A DNA stretch of 63,819 bases, counting the filler, from an uncultured archaeon (GTDB lineage Archaea > Iainarchaeota > Iainarchaeia > Iainarchaeales > 1-14-0-10-31-34): NCBI GenBank assembly GCA_964442255.1. It is 9 parts of 9 records of this genome, joined end to end, with 100 filler letters (N's around TTAATTAATTAA, not from the genome) between each part and the next. Parts side by side here need not be neighbours in the genome. Positions count along the whole stretch, not along the records: positions 10,412 to 20,242 come from CAYTYC010000033.1; positions 20,343 to 27,515 come from CAYTYC010000036.1; positions 27,616 to 34,475 come from CAYTYC010000038.1; 6 more parts are not named here. One strand, written 5' to 3'. A program made the position numbers and the translations under genes. This document shows positions 18,260 to 27,656 of the stretch, one piece after another. Position 1 is the stretch's first letter, and every line of letters begins with the position of its first letter. The notes beneath the pieces were generated by a model. The model was not told the DNA's origin and searched no databases. It worked only from the letters and a program-made list of their open reading frames with translations.

Positions 18260-19549
18260 ATGGAGCCAAAAAAATTCCTGTTCGTTTCCCTGGACGGGCT
18301 TATAGGGGACATCGCCTGGCAGGTTTCCAGGGAAGGGCATAAGGTGAAGTACTTCATTGAGGAAGCAGAAGAAAAAGAAGTCGGGCAGGGATTTGTGCCC
18401 ATGGTTGAGGACTGGGAAAAGGAAACTGAATGGGCTGACGTGATAGTGTTTGATGACGTGCTTGGGCAGGGGACAAAGGCAAAAAAACTGAGGGACCAGG
18501 GAAAAAAGGTCATAGGGGGAAGCCCTTACACGGACAGGCTGGAGGACGACAGGGCGTTCGGGCAGGAGGAACTGAAAAAAGTCGGGGTCTCCATTATCCC
18601 TTACAGGGACTTCACTTCCTTTGACGAGGCAATAAGGTTTGTGAAGGAAAACCCTTCAAGGTATGTGATTAAGCCCAGCGGGCAAGCCCAAAACATTAAA
18701 GGATTGTTGTTTGTCGGGGAAGAAGAAGACGGAAAAGACGTTTTGCAGGTTTTAGGCGACTACCAAAAAGCGTGGGCAAAAAAAATTCCCGTGTTCCAGC
18801 TCCAGAAAAGGGTTGTCGGGGTTGAGGTTGCGGTTGGCGCGTTCTTCAACGGAAAGGAATTCATTTACCCGATTAACGTGAACTTTGAGCACAAAAAATT
18901 CTTCCCCGGAAACCTCGGGCCATCGACGGGAGAAATGGGTTGCACCATGTTCTGGAGCGGCCCCAACAGGGTATTCAACCAGACGCTTAAAAAAATGGAG
19001 CCAAGGCTTGCTGAAGAAGGGTATGCGGGTTACATTGACGTCAACTGCATCGTGAACAGCAACGGCATCTATCCCCTTGAGTTTACTTCGCGCTTCGGTT
19101 ACCCGACAATAAGCATTCAGCAGGAGGGAATGCTTTCGCCTGTCGGGGAATTCCTTTTTGAGTTGGCGGAAGGAAAAACCCCGAAGCTGAAGGTGAAAAG
19201 CGGGTTTCAGGTTGGGGTGAGGATTGTGGTTCCGCCCTTTCCGTTCAAGGACAAGGAAACATTTGAAGTGAAGTCAAAGGACTCCATTATTTTCTTCAAA
19301 AAGCCCGTGGAAGGCGTGCACATTGAGGACGTAAAACTGGTGAAAGGGGAATGGCTTGTGACGGGAACGGCGGGGGTCGTGCTTATCGTGTGCGGAACAG
19401 GGCAGACAATGAAGCAGGCGCAGAGGCAGGCGTACAGCAGAATCAGGAACATCCGCATCCCGAACATGTATTACCGCACGGACATCGGGGACCGGTGGTT
19501 TGAGGACAGCGACAGGCTGCATTCGTGGGGCTATTTGAGGGAACTTTAA
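18260..19549 (+). CDS. phosphoribosylamine-glycine ligase-like (PurD-like) ATP-grasp protein
   Basis: YVIKPSG, FEHKKFFPGNLGPSTGEMG, LEFTSRFGYP, YYRTDIG. Confidence 0.8.
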   Translation: MEPKKFLFVSLDGLIGDIAWQVSREGHKVKYFIEEAEEKEVGQGFVPMVEDWEKETEWADVIVFDDVLGQGTKAKKLRDQGKKVIGGSPYTDRLEDDRAFGQEELKKVGVSIIPYRDFTSFDEAIRFVKENPSRYVIKPSGQAQNIKGLLFVGEEEDGKDVLQVLGDYQKAWAKKIPVFQLQKRVVGVEVAVGAFFNGKEFIYPINVNFEHKKFFPGNLGPSTGEMGCTMFWSGPNRVFNQTLKKMEPRLAEEGYAGYIDVNCIVNSNGIYPLEFTSRFGYPTISIQQEGMLSPVGEFLFELAEGKTPKLKVKSGFQVGVRIVVPPFPFKDKETFEVKSKDSIIFFKKPVEGVHIEDVKLVKGEWLVTGTAGVVLIVCGTGQTMKQAQRQAYSRIRNIRIPNMYYRTDIGDRWFEDSDRLHSWGYLREL

Positions 19550-19555
19550 GAAAAG

Positions 19556-20187
19556 TTATCTTATCTTTCTGTGCATGAAAGGCGTTTTCAATCCGTTTTG
19601 CCCGAACCTTGCCCTTAATTCCTCAACCCTCTTCTTATTTCGCTCAGCTGCCTTTTTGACACAGTCCTTAAGTAGCCAAGGCTCTGAAGTGCCAGTGGAA
19701 GCCAAAAATTCCGCCCTCGATCTGAAACCAAAAATTTTCGGGGCGGGCATATCCACCTGTCCTTTGGTACCGCTAACCCGCTTAATAAGGGTAAAAATGT
19801 GCTGGTTTCCAAACCTTGCCTTTTTTCTGTAAATGTCAGGCCTTATTCCCTCAACAACCTGGATTCTGAAAGGGCCAGGTTCAACCGTGTAATATTTTTT
19901 GCCTGCATTGAATTCAACGACCACCGAAGGGAGAACAAGACCTTCAGCAGGAAGTGAATTCATTTGAAGCCTGAGGGTGTTTTTTATGCCGTTTGCTGTA
20001 AGCAATTGGGAGATTAGCGTGCAGTAATCAGAACAGTTACGGGTAAAAAAGATTTCTCCTGACTCCAAAATTTGGCGAGGAGTTCTGGTAAGAATATTCT
20101 CTTTTATTTCTTCCCTTGACCAGCTAACCCGCCTGATGTTTTCGTTGACCCATTCAAGCACCTGCTGAACCCTTTCGGTTTGGGTTC
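19556..20187 (-). CDS. hypothetical protein with a transglutaminase-like CSDY motif; 5' part runs into a mini-element
   Basis: Frame open upstream (GTQTERVQQVLEW) up to the hairpin element at 20188. Confidence 0.55.
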
Positions 20188-20242
20188 CCTTGAACTACGG
20201 TGGGCTGAAGCCCACCGAGTCTTTACTTGAACTGTAGCAAGG
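20188..20242. mobile_element. IS200/IS605-end-like hairpin element, at contig end
   Basis: CGGTGGGCTGAAGCCCACCG core, CCTTG/CAAGG ends; identical to 34421-34475. Confidence 0.6.
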
Positions 20243-20346
20243 NNNNNNNNNNNNNNNNNNNNNNNNNNNNNNNNNNNNNNNNNNNNTTAATTAATTAANN
20301 NNNNNNNNNNNNNNNNNNNNNNNNNNNNNNNNNNNNNNNNNNCGAC

Positions 20347-20577
20347 CTATCTGCCTGCCAAGGCAGGCAGGGTTGTCGCGTCATGAGAAACTAAAGGTGA
20401 CTGGCCCGTATTCAAAATAATTACTTCGAGAGTTTCATTGCCAGACAAAGAAGCGGGCTTTTCACCAGTTCCAGCCCTTGGCTCCGCACCCTGCATTTCC
20501 CGGACACAACCAGACAAAAAAGATGATCCAAAAAATGCAACTAACAAAACCGCAAACACGGAATTCTTTGAAATCAT
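20347..20577 (-). pseudogene. truncated lipoprotein resembling the start of a ComEC/MBL-fold protein
   Basis: Lipobox LSGC, then LEVIILNTGQ; ends in the palindrome CTGCCTGCCAAGGCAGGCAG (20351-20370). Confidence 0.45.
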
Positions 20578-20721
20578 TTCAAAAATACAGGTAAAACAAG
20601 TATTTAAAGTTTTTTCTGGAAAAAAATGGCCGCCCCCCTGCCTGAAGGCAGGGGCATCTGGTTTTTCATCGGGTAAAATGACCTGGCGACAGTTACTCAA
20701 CAGCATTTGAAAAAAAAGGCC

Positions 20722-20831
20722 TTTACCCACGCCATTGCTGCGCACACGCGACACAACTCACAAAAGAGTTAATAAAAATACTCCGGAAAGAAAATTTACC
20801 CACGCCATTGCTGCACACACGCGACACAACT
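20722..20831. repeat. two 37-bp direct repeats with a 36-bp spacer (CRISPR-like geometry)
   Basis: TTTACCCACGCCATTGCTGC(G/A)CACACGCGACACAACT at 20722-20758 and 20795-20831. Confidence 0.75.
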
Positions 20832-20889
20832 GAAGGGAACAATTATCGTTGAATGAGTGAAACAGGAAAACAACAATTGGCCCCCTTTT

Positions 20890-21234
20890 TCACTGCTTCG
20901 GAGTCGAGAGTTTCGGGTTCGTGTACTTCAGCGCACAGGTTCCTGCAAAGAAAACCATCACAATCGCTATAAGCAAAGAAAAGTGGGCGATAAAGAAAAG
21001 CCAGTAATTGGAGAAAGAGGAGTAAGTGCTTATCACGTCAATGGTTTTGTAGATTACGGTGAAAATAACCGAAAACGCAAACAGCTTCATGAAGCTGTGC
21101 AGTTCGCAATTCTCAAACCTTTTTAAGGCGAAAAACAAAAGCGCGGAGCCGGCAAATCCCGCGATCACAAAAAACAGGTTTATCAGGAAAACAAAGAGCT
21201 CAAGGTTTTCGTACAGCCATTCCACGGCATTCAC
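20890..21234 (-). CDS. small membrane protein
   Basis: Three hydrophobic helices. Confidence 0.6.
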   Translation of the reverse strand: MNAVEWLYENLELFVFLINLFFVIAGFAGSALLFFALKRFENCELHSFMKLFAFSVIFTVIYKTIDVISTYSSFSNYWLFFIAHFSLLIAIVMVFFAGTCALKYTNPKLSTPKQ

Positions 21235-21391
21235 CCCAAAAACGATTATTCTTTACTCACTTCAAGTATTTAAACATAGTTTTTGATTAAAAAAACACGG
21301 AAACCCCGCAGGGTCGCCAAAAAGAAGCCCGGGATTTGGGAAAAGCCTTTTAAATCCTATTTTGCTGTTTGAGTTAAGGAGGGAAACTTTT

Positions 21392-21940
21392 ATGGGAAAA
21401 ACCGGGGAAAACCTGAAAACAGCTTTTGCGGGAGAAAGCCAGGCAAGAAACAAGTACGATTACTTCGCGAAGGTTGCGAGAAAAGAAGGATTGCACTATA
21501 TTGCGAAGATTTTTGAGGAAACAGCGTTAAACGAAATGCAGCACGCAAAAGACGAATTCAAGAGAGTAAACGGAATAGGGGACACAAGACAGAATTTGAA
21601 GGCGGCAATTGAAGGGGAAAACTACGAGCACAGCGAAATGTACCCGAAGTTCAAAAAGGAAGCGGAAGAAGAAGGAAAAACCGAAATAGCCAGACTCTTC
21701 CAGGAAGTTTCAGAGGTTGAAGAGCACCATGAAAAACGCTATAAAAGGCTCCTGGAAATGGTGGAAAACGGCACGGTATACAAGAGAAGCAAGCCCATTC
21801 AATGGAAGTGCAGCAAATGCGGTTACGTTCACACGGGAACAGAGCCCCCGGAAAAATGCCCTTCCTGCCTGCATCCACGCGAATACTATGAACCGGCGTG
21901 CATGTGCTTCGAGGAAGGCTGCGGGCAATGCAACCCGTGA
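21392..21940 (+). CDS. rbr: rubrerythrin
   Basis: AFAGESQARNKY, EMQHA, EEHH, WKCSKCGY...CPSC rubredoxin domain. Confidence 0.93.
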   Translation: MGKTGENLKTAFAGESQARNKYDYFAKVARKEGLHYIAKIFEETALNEMQHAKDEFKRVNGIGDTRQNLKAAIEGENYEHSEMYPKFKKEAEEEGKTEIARLFQEVSEVEEHHEKRYKRLLEMVENGTVYKRSKPIQWKCSKCGYVHTGTEPPEKCPSCLHPREYYEPACMCFEEGCGQCNP

Positions 21941-22019
21941 AAGAAAATTTTGCCCGCCGCTGATGCGGAAAACTGTTTCTTTTTTATTTTTGACACCATT
22001 ATTTCCTTAAGGTGTTTCA

Positions 22020-22784
22020 GTGGGCGTTGTTTTAACCGGGTTACTGCTCGCGTTTTTTGCAGGGCTTTCAACCGCAATAGGCGGGCTGCTGGTTTTCGCC
22101 TTAAAGGTTCCAAAGAAATGCTATCTTGCATTTGGGCTGGCTTTCTCCACAGGTGTGATGATAACCGTTTCATTCGTGGAATTATTGCCCGCGGGAATGC
22201 TGGCAATCGGAAAAGCGCCGGCGCTGGTTGTGTTCTTTCTGGGCGCGGGAATAGCCTTTCTAATTGACCACTTCATTCCCCACGCATACGCAATGGAGAC
22301 AGTGAACGGAAAAAACCGGTTTGACGCAAAAATTTACAGGACAGGATTGTTTGTCGCGGCGGGAATAGCGATACACAATTTTCCGGAAGGCTTCGCCGTA
22401 TTCGCAGGAAACCTCCAGTCCTTTGAGTTGGGGCTCGTGCTGGCGATTGCTTTGGCAATCCACAACATTCCCGAAGGCTTTGCTGTTTCCCTGCCGGTTT
22501 ACTATGCAACCAAAAAGAAAAGGAAAGCCCTTGGAATATCGGTTTTGTCGGGAATAGCGGAGCCAATTGGGGCGGTCATTGCCGCAGTTGTATTGCTTCC
22601 CTTCCTTTCCCCCGCGCTTGTGGGGGCAAGCCTTGCGTTTGTCGCGGGAATAATGGTTTACATCTGCATTGATGAACTCCTGCCCACGGCCTACACCTGC
22701 GCAACCAATAAGTCGCATTTAATGACTTTCGCGTTTTTAATGGGAAGTGTTGTGATGGGCGCAACACTGCTGCTGCTGCCTTGA
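22020..22784 (+). CDS. zupT: ZIP family zinc transporter
   Basis: IAIHNFPEG, AIHNIPEG, SGIAEPIG, DELLP. Confidence 0.9.
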   Translation: MGVVLTGLLLAFFAGLSTAIGGLLVFALKVPKKCYLAFGLAFSTGVMITVSFVELLPAGMLAIGKAPALVVFFLGAGIAFLIDHFIPHAYAMETVNGKNRFDAKIYRTGLFVAAGIAIHNFPEGFAVFAGNLQSFELGLVLAIALAIHNIPEGFAVSLPVYYATKKKRKALGISVLSGIAEPIGAVIAAVVLLPFLSPALVGASLAFVAGIMVYICIDELLPTAYTCATNKSHLMTFAFLMGSVVMGATLLLLP

Positions 22785-22822
22785 ACGGAAAACTTTTATA
22801 GCAAAAAAGACAACGTATTGCC

Positions 22823-23290
22823 ATGGCAACCCCTGTTTCCGCAGCAGAATTAAGGAAAGCCAACAAAAGGCACTGGCTGGCTGTCGGGAAAACAAGGGTT
22901 TCACGTGAAGCCCTTCTGGCCCGCGAAAAAGAAAGGAAAGCCCATCTTGAGCAGTTACGGAATATTCAGTTTATGCGCAGGCTGTTGGACCCGACAAAAC
23001 AGAAAAAAATAATAATTCGTACTGGAGGAGAAATGCGCCAGTACACGCTTTTGGGCGTGGGTTTGGAAATGGCAAAACATCACAGGTCAGTGGTTGTTGT
23101 AATAGACAGCCCGGGGAGAGGGATTCTTTTCTACAGGAGCACGGGGTTAAACAGCGGAAAGCCGGGGAAATGGCTTCCGTTTGAGACAAGGAAGATCATA
23201 AAAGATAAACAGGGAAAAGAGCACGAATGGTTCGCCAAATTCAAGGGGCATCCAAATTTCCCAGAAGAGTACGTCAAACTGGGTGAGTAA
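22823..23290 (+). CDS. basic hypothetical protein (frame continues past the TAA to 23371; possible nonsense mutation)
   Basis: FYRSTGLNSGKPGKWLPF; 26 further sense codons after the stop. Confidence 0.5.
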   Translation: MATPVSAAELRKANKRHWLAVGKTRVSREALLAREKERKAHLEQLRNIQFMRRLLDPTKQKKIIIRTGGEMRQYTLLGVGLEMAKHHRSVVVVIDSPGRGILFYRSTGLNSGKPGKWLPFETRKIIKDKQGKEHEWFAKFKGHPNFPEEYVKLGE

Positions 23291-23381
23291 ATAAAAAAAA
23301 GGGAAGGGACGATAGATTTCTGGAAAACCTCGGATACAGATTTAATTGAGGCAATAGCGGGATACGTTTGAAGAAAGCCCG

Positions 23382-24491
23382 CTAACGCAGCTCAAATATC
23401 TCTGAATTATGGCTTCTGCCCACCCTTTCAAGGTGCTGCAACTCCATCAAATTGGAGCAAAAGCTGATTGCCCTGCCCCTCTTTCCCTGCCTTGCGGTTC
23501 TCCCAATGCGGTGAATGTAGGCCTCGTTTTCCTCCGGAAAATCAAAGTTAATTACGTTTCCAATGTCGTCCACATGAATGCCGCGGGCAACAATATCCGT
23601 TGCGATAAGGATTCCGTCTTTGGAGCGCTTGAAGTCTTCAATTATGCGGGTTCTCACGCTTTGCGGCTTGTCGCCGTGAATGGAAAGAGCGTAAATCTTT
23701 CTCCTTTCAAGCTGCCTTTCCAGCCAGTCCACTGTTCTCTTTGTTCTGCAGAAAATCAAAGCCTTGGAATGGTCGTCCAGCAGGATTTTGCACAGGGAAT
23801 CAATTTTCCGGTTCCTGTCAATCATCACATAAAACTGTTCCACCTCCTCCACAGGCGAATCGCCCTCACTCAAATCAAACACCACCTTTTCCGGTGAAAG
23901 GTGGCGGTCAATCAATTCAAGGATTGAGTCAGGCATTGTTGCGGAAAACAACATGGTCTGCCTTTTTTGGGGCAAAGCGGAAATGATTTTTTCCACGTCA
24001 TCCCGAAAGCCCATGTCAAACATTTTGTCCGCCTCATCCAAAACCAGGAATTTGGTTTTGCCGAGCCAAAGGGAACCACGGGAAAGCAAATCCAAAAGCC
24101 TTCCGGGAGTTCCGACAATTATTTCCGGATTTTTTTCAAGCAACCCGAATTGTATTCCAATCTTTTGACCGCCAAAAACCGCAACCGTTTTTATTCCGCT
24201 TCCCTGCGCGATTGAGGCGATTTCCTCCTTTACCTGCACAGCCAATTCCCGGGTTGGAACCACGATTAAGGCTGAAGAAGCCTGGCCGGGGGAAATTTTT
24301 TCAATTAACGGAACCGCGAAAGCCGCGGTTTTCCCTGTGCCTGTCTTGGATTTTCCAACCAAATCCTTTCCCTTCAATGCCGCAGGAATGACTTTTTCCT
24401 GTATCTCCGAAGGAGAGGAAAAAGCTTTCCTGCGCAAAGCATCCTGTATGCTATTGCTTATGTTCATTTCACTAAAATTCAATTCCATCAC
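23382..24491 (-). CDS. DEAD-box RNA helicase
   Basis: KTGTGKT, PTRELA, TPGR, DEAD, SAT, ARGI, HRIGRTAR. Confidence 0.95.
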   Translation of the reverse strand: MMELNFSEMNISNSIQDALRRKAFSSPSEIQEKVIPAALKGKDLVGKSKTGTGKTAAFAVPLIEKISPGQASSALIVVPTRELAVQVKEEIASIAQGSGIKTVAVFGGQKIGIQFGLLEKNPEIIVGTPGRLLDLLSRGSLWLGKTKFLVLDEADKMFDMGFRDDVEKIISALPQKRQTMLFSATMPDSILELIDRHLSPEKVVFDLSEGDSPVEEVEQFYVMIDRNRKIDSLCKILLDDHSKALIFCRTKRTVDWLERQLERRKIYALSIHGDKPQSVRTRIIEDFKRSKDGILIATDIVARGIHVDDIGNVINFDFPEENEAYIHRIGRTARQGKRGRAISFCSNLMELQHLERVGRSHNSEIFELR

Positions 24492-24741
24492 TCCTTTTTT
24501 GAGAAAGAGAAAAAAACAACACTATTCCGCCTTTGGACGGCAACGTTTTTCACTTAAGAAAAAAAATAGGGCCGTTCTGTTTTTTCTTTCTTCTAACCAA
24601 ATTGTGAAAGCAAAGGCTTTTAAAACAGGGGATTAAGCCCGTGTAAAAAAAAGCGCCTTACCTCTTAACCTTATTCTTTTAATCCACCAAAACGCCTTAA
24701 AAAAGGCGGAATATTATTTGAATTCTTCGTGTTACAAATTT

Positions 24742-24852
24742 TAAACTGCGGCGCGTTAAAAAATCCGCCGAATTTTTTTTCGTAAACGGCTTACTGGAAA
24801 CAATTCATTTGCCCATTAAAATGGGCGGGGTTCCCGGAAAGGGTTTCTAAAA
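24742..24852. repeat. ~110-bp dispersed structured repeat, copy B
   Basis: Homologous to 13726-13835. Confidence 0.85.
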
Positions 24853-25055
24853 TGCGCCATATTTAATAGTGCATAGTTAACTTTATAACCGGATAGGGTT
24901 ACTTTAAGTGTTTTGGCTTAAAAGGGGGCTTAAACAGGGTTTACTGCAAAAAAAGGAAAAAAACCCTTCCCTATATAAGGCTTGCTGCTGGAATATTGGT
25001 AAGCATTTAATTTAAATGCGATTTAGATAAGTAAAAAAAAGGTGAAAAAAAGTAC

Positions 25056-25214
25056 ATGGGATTTGACGACAACAGGGGATTTGACAGAGGCCCCCGGGAA
25101 ATGCACAAGGTAACCTGTGCAGAATGCGGCAAGGAAACCGAGGTTCCGTTCAAGCCTGACGGCACGAGGCCGGTTTACTGCCGAGAATGCTACATGAAAA
25201 GAAAAAAGTACTAG
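25056..25214 (+). CDS. CxxC-x17-CxxC zinc-ribbon protein (52 aa, absent from the ORF track)
   Basis: PREMHKVTCAECGKETEVPFKPDGTRPVYCRECY; AGGTGA upstream. Confidence 0.9.
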   Translation: MGFDDNRGFDRGPREMHKVTCAECGKETEVPFKPDGTRPVYCRECYMKRKKY

Positions 25215-25278
25215 TTCTGGTTTAAAGGAATTTGGATCGGATAAAAGCATTTTTTTCTGATTTTTTTCTTTTTATTTT

Positions 25279-25494
25279 TCACAACTGCCTTGACATCGGC
25301 CTCTTCCGCGTTTTTTCCGGCAGCTCTTCAATAGCATAGCGGAGGAGAACGCGGGGCATTGATTTCTTCCGTTCTTCAATAAACGCGATAACCTTCCTTG
25401 GGTTGGCTTTTGAATAGCCCTTCAGCACCCATCCCGCGCCCTTTTAAACCACACCATCTTCATCCCCCAAAAGCCCAAAAACAAGCCTGTCCAT
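25279..25494 (-). pseudogene. C-terminal remnant of an AlkD-like DNA alkylation repair protein
   Basis: DEDGVV*KGAGWVLK...MPRVLLRYAIEEL with an internal TAA. Confidence 0.7.
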
Positions 25495-25548
25495 GAAAAA
25501 AAAGAAAAAGGAATGGAAATAAAAAAAGAACCCGGCAGGATTAAGTGA

Positions 25549-26298
25549 ATGGTTCCCCTTTTATGGCTGTTTGGAAGCATTGCGCTGGTAAGCCTGATTT
25601 CAATTGTCGGAGTGATTGCACTCGGGCTAAGGGAAAAACACCTAAGGAAAGCACTGGTTTACATGGTGAGCTTTTCTGCCGGGGCGCTGATGGGGGGCGC
25701 GTTCATTCACCTTTTGCCTGAAACCGTGGAAGAATTCGGCTTCGGCACTGAAGTCGGGTTATTCGTTTTAAGCGGGATTGTGCTGTTTTTTGTGATTGAA
25801 AAAGTGATAAAATGGCACCACTGCCACGGCTATCCCGAAGGGAAATGCCCGCACAAAAGCTTTACCTACATGAATTTGATTGGGGACGGGGTGCACAACT
25901 TCATTGACGGATTGATTATTGCGGGAAGCTATTTGGTAAGCATCCCTTTGGGGATTGCGACAACCGTTGCAGTAATATTCCATGAAATTCCGCAGGAAAT
26001 TGGAGACTTCGGGGTCTTATTGCACGGGGGATGGAGCAAAAAAAAGGCTTTGGCAATGAACTTTGTTTCCGCCTGCGCGGCTTTTTTGGGCGCAATAATC
26101 GCGCTTTTCCTCAGCACAGTGGTTGAAAACATTACATTTTTCCTTCTCCCATTTACCGCAGGCGGGTTCATTTACATTGCCGGCACAGACCTGATTCCGG
26201 AGCTGCACAAGCACATCTCCCTGAAAACCTCGTTAATCCAGCTGGTTTCCTTTCTGTTTGGAATGTGGGCAATGCTCTCATTGCTTGGATTTGAGTAA
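25549..26298 (+). CDS. ZIP family metal transporter
   Basis: HWHH-like loop WHHCH, GDGVHNFIDG, HEIPQEIGDFG, DLIPEL. Confidence 0.92.
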   Translation: MVPLLWLFGSIALVSLISIVGVIALGLREKHLRKALVYMVSFSAGALMGGAFIHLLPETVEEFGFGTEVGLFVLSGIVLFFVIEKVIKWHHCHGYPEGKCPHKSFTYMNLIGDGVHNFIDGLIIAGSYLVSIPLGIATTVAVIFHEIPQEIGDFGVLLHGGWSKKKALAMNFVSACAAFLGAIIALFLSTVVENITFFLLPFTAGGFIYIAGTDLIPELHKHISLKTSLIQLVSFLFGMWAMLSLLGFE

Positions 26299-26342
26299 AA
26301 ACGCAAACTTTAATATACTGGAATTGCCTTTAAACTAATCCA

Positions 26343-27275
26343 ATGAAAGCAGGAATTCCTTTTGTTTTAGTGTTAAGTGTCCTGGTTTTTGGGTGCACCG
26401 CTTTGCCTGAACCCCTGCCAGAAAAGGGGGAGGCAATCGTGTTTGCAGAAGGGCTAGCGGAAGTGCAGGAATTCCGTGCAGCCCATCCGGGGGCAGAAGT
26501 TTCCGCGGTTTTCATCCCGGAAAACGATTTCAGGCAGATGTTTCCGGGAAAACTGCCGTGCAGTGGAATGAAGGCAAAGGATTACTGGCTCATTGAACTG
26601 GGCGAAAAAGGAAACAAGGTTCAGGTCTGGGCTGGCCGGGGCTTAAAAAAAGCGGAATGCGTTTCATTTGCCGGGGAAGAATTCGGGAAACGGGAGCCCT
26701 TAAAGGGGATTTTGTGCGAAAGCGTTTCACAGTGCAGGGACTCAAACCCCTGCACAACGGATTTATGCGAAGGCAGCCCGGCGATATGCGTTAACAGGAA
26801 GTTAACTGAATGCGTTTCAGGCGACAGCTGCTGCCCGGCAAACTGCTCTGGAAAAAATGATTCAGATTGTTTGGCTGGGGCGGAATGCGGGAGTGCGGAG
26901 GACTGCGACGACTTTGACCTCTGTACAGATGATTCCTGCGAAGGGGTGCCGCAGAAATGCGTTCACGCGGAAATAGAAGGCTGTTCCAGCGGGAAAAAAT
27001 GCTCTTCGGAAGAGGACTGCGACGACGGAATATGGGAGAGCCGGGAGGAATGCATTGAAGGTGAATGCAGGCACAGGCTTGCGACATGCGAAGAGTTTGA
27101 AGGGGAAGTGTGCACCGAAGGAACGGAATGCGATTCAACTCCCTTAAGGGCTTTTGACACCGCCTTCTGCTGCACAACCCAGTGCATTCCACTGGAAGAA
27201 GACTTATGTGAAGGGGTAAAATGCGGGAAAGGAATGAGGTGCATGGAAGGGGCGTGCATTCCCGCAGAAAGCTAA
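26343..27275 (+). CDS. cysteine-rich surface lipoprotein
   Basis: VFGC lipobox; repeated CxDxNPCTxDxC-type modules. Confidence 0.75.
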   Translation: MKAGIPFVLVLSVLVFGCTALPEPLPEKGEAIVFAEGLAEVQEFRAAHPGAEVSAVFIPENDFRQMFPGKLPCSGMKAKDYWLIELGEKGNKVQVWAGRGLKKAECVSFAGEEFGKREPLKGILCESVSQCRDSNPCTTDLCEGSPAICVNRKLTECVSGDSCCPANCSGKNDSDCLAGAECGSAEDCDDFDLCTDDSCEGVPQKCVHAEIEGCSSGKKCSSEEDCDDGIWESREECIEGECRHRLATCEEFEGEVCTEGTECDSTPLRAFDTAFCCTTQCIPLEEDLCEGVKCGKGMRCMEGACIPAES

Positions 27276-27301
27276 TTTTTTTTCAAATTAACCAGTAAGC
27301 A

Positions 27302-27350
27302 TGACGTCCTCCCCGCACTGAAGTGCGGGGTTTCCCAAATGTGGACGTCA
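27302..27350. mobile_element. IS605-end-like miniature element with terminal inverted repeats
   Basis: TGACGTCC-TCCCCGCACTGAAGTGCGGGGTTTCC-...-GGACGTCA. Confidence 0.6.
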
Positions 27351-27364
27351 ATTCCCCGCCAACA

Positions 27365-27515
27365 GCGAAGCCGCATAGCGTAAGCCACTTGCCGAAGGCA
27401 ATTTTTTGGCCAAACTTTTTTTTTCAAAAAGTTTGTTTTGATGAAACTTTTTTGAAAAGTTTCTCCGCCGAAGGCGGCCCTTTTTGATCAAACTTTTTGG
27501 AAAAAAGTTTGTTTT
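27365..27515. repeat. hairpin-module repeat (GCGAAGC, GCCGAAGGC, AAACTTTT..AAAAGTTT)
   Basis: Near-identical to 54225-54322. Confidence 0.8.
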
Positions 27516-27615
27516 NNNNNNNNNNNNNNNNNNNNNNNNNNNNNNNNNNNNNNNNNNNNTTAATTAATTAANNNNNNNNNNNNNNNNNNNNNNNNNNNNN
27601 NNNNNNNNNNNNNNN

Positions 27616-27656
27616 CGAGATCTACACTCTTTCCCTACACGACGCTCTTCCGATCT
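27616..27656 (+). other. Illumina TruSeq adapter contamination
   Basis: CGAGATCTACACTCTTTCCCTACACGACGCTCTTCCGATCT. Confidence 0.98.

Noticed and set aside
18260..19549. Assigning the symbol purD
   Set aside because: The N-terminus is divergent and there is no purine-gene context; it may be a different ATP-grasp ligase.
23288..23371. Recoding of TAA stops (here and in the AlkD-like remnant)
   Set aside because: TAA terminates many conserved genes normally in this window; simple nonsense mutations are more likely.
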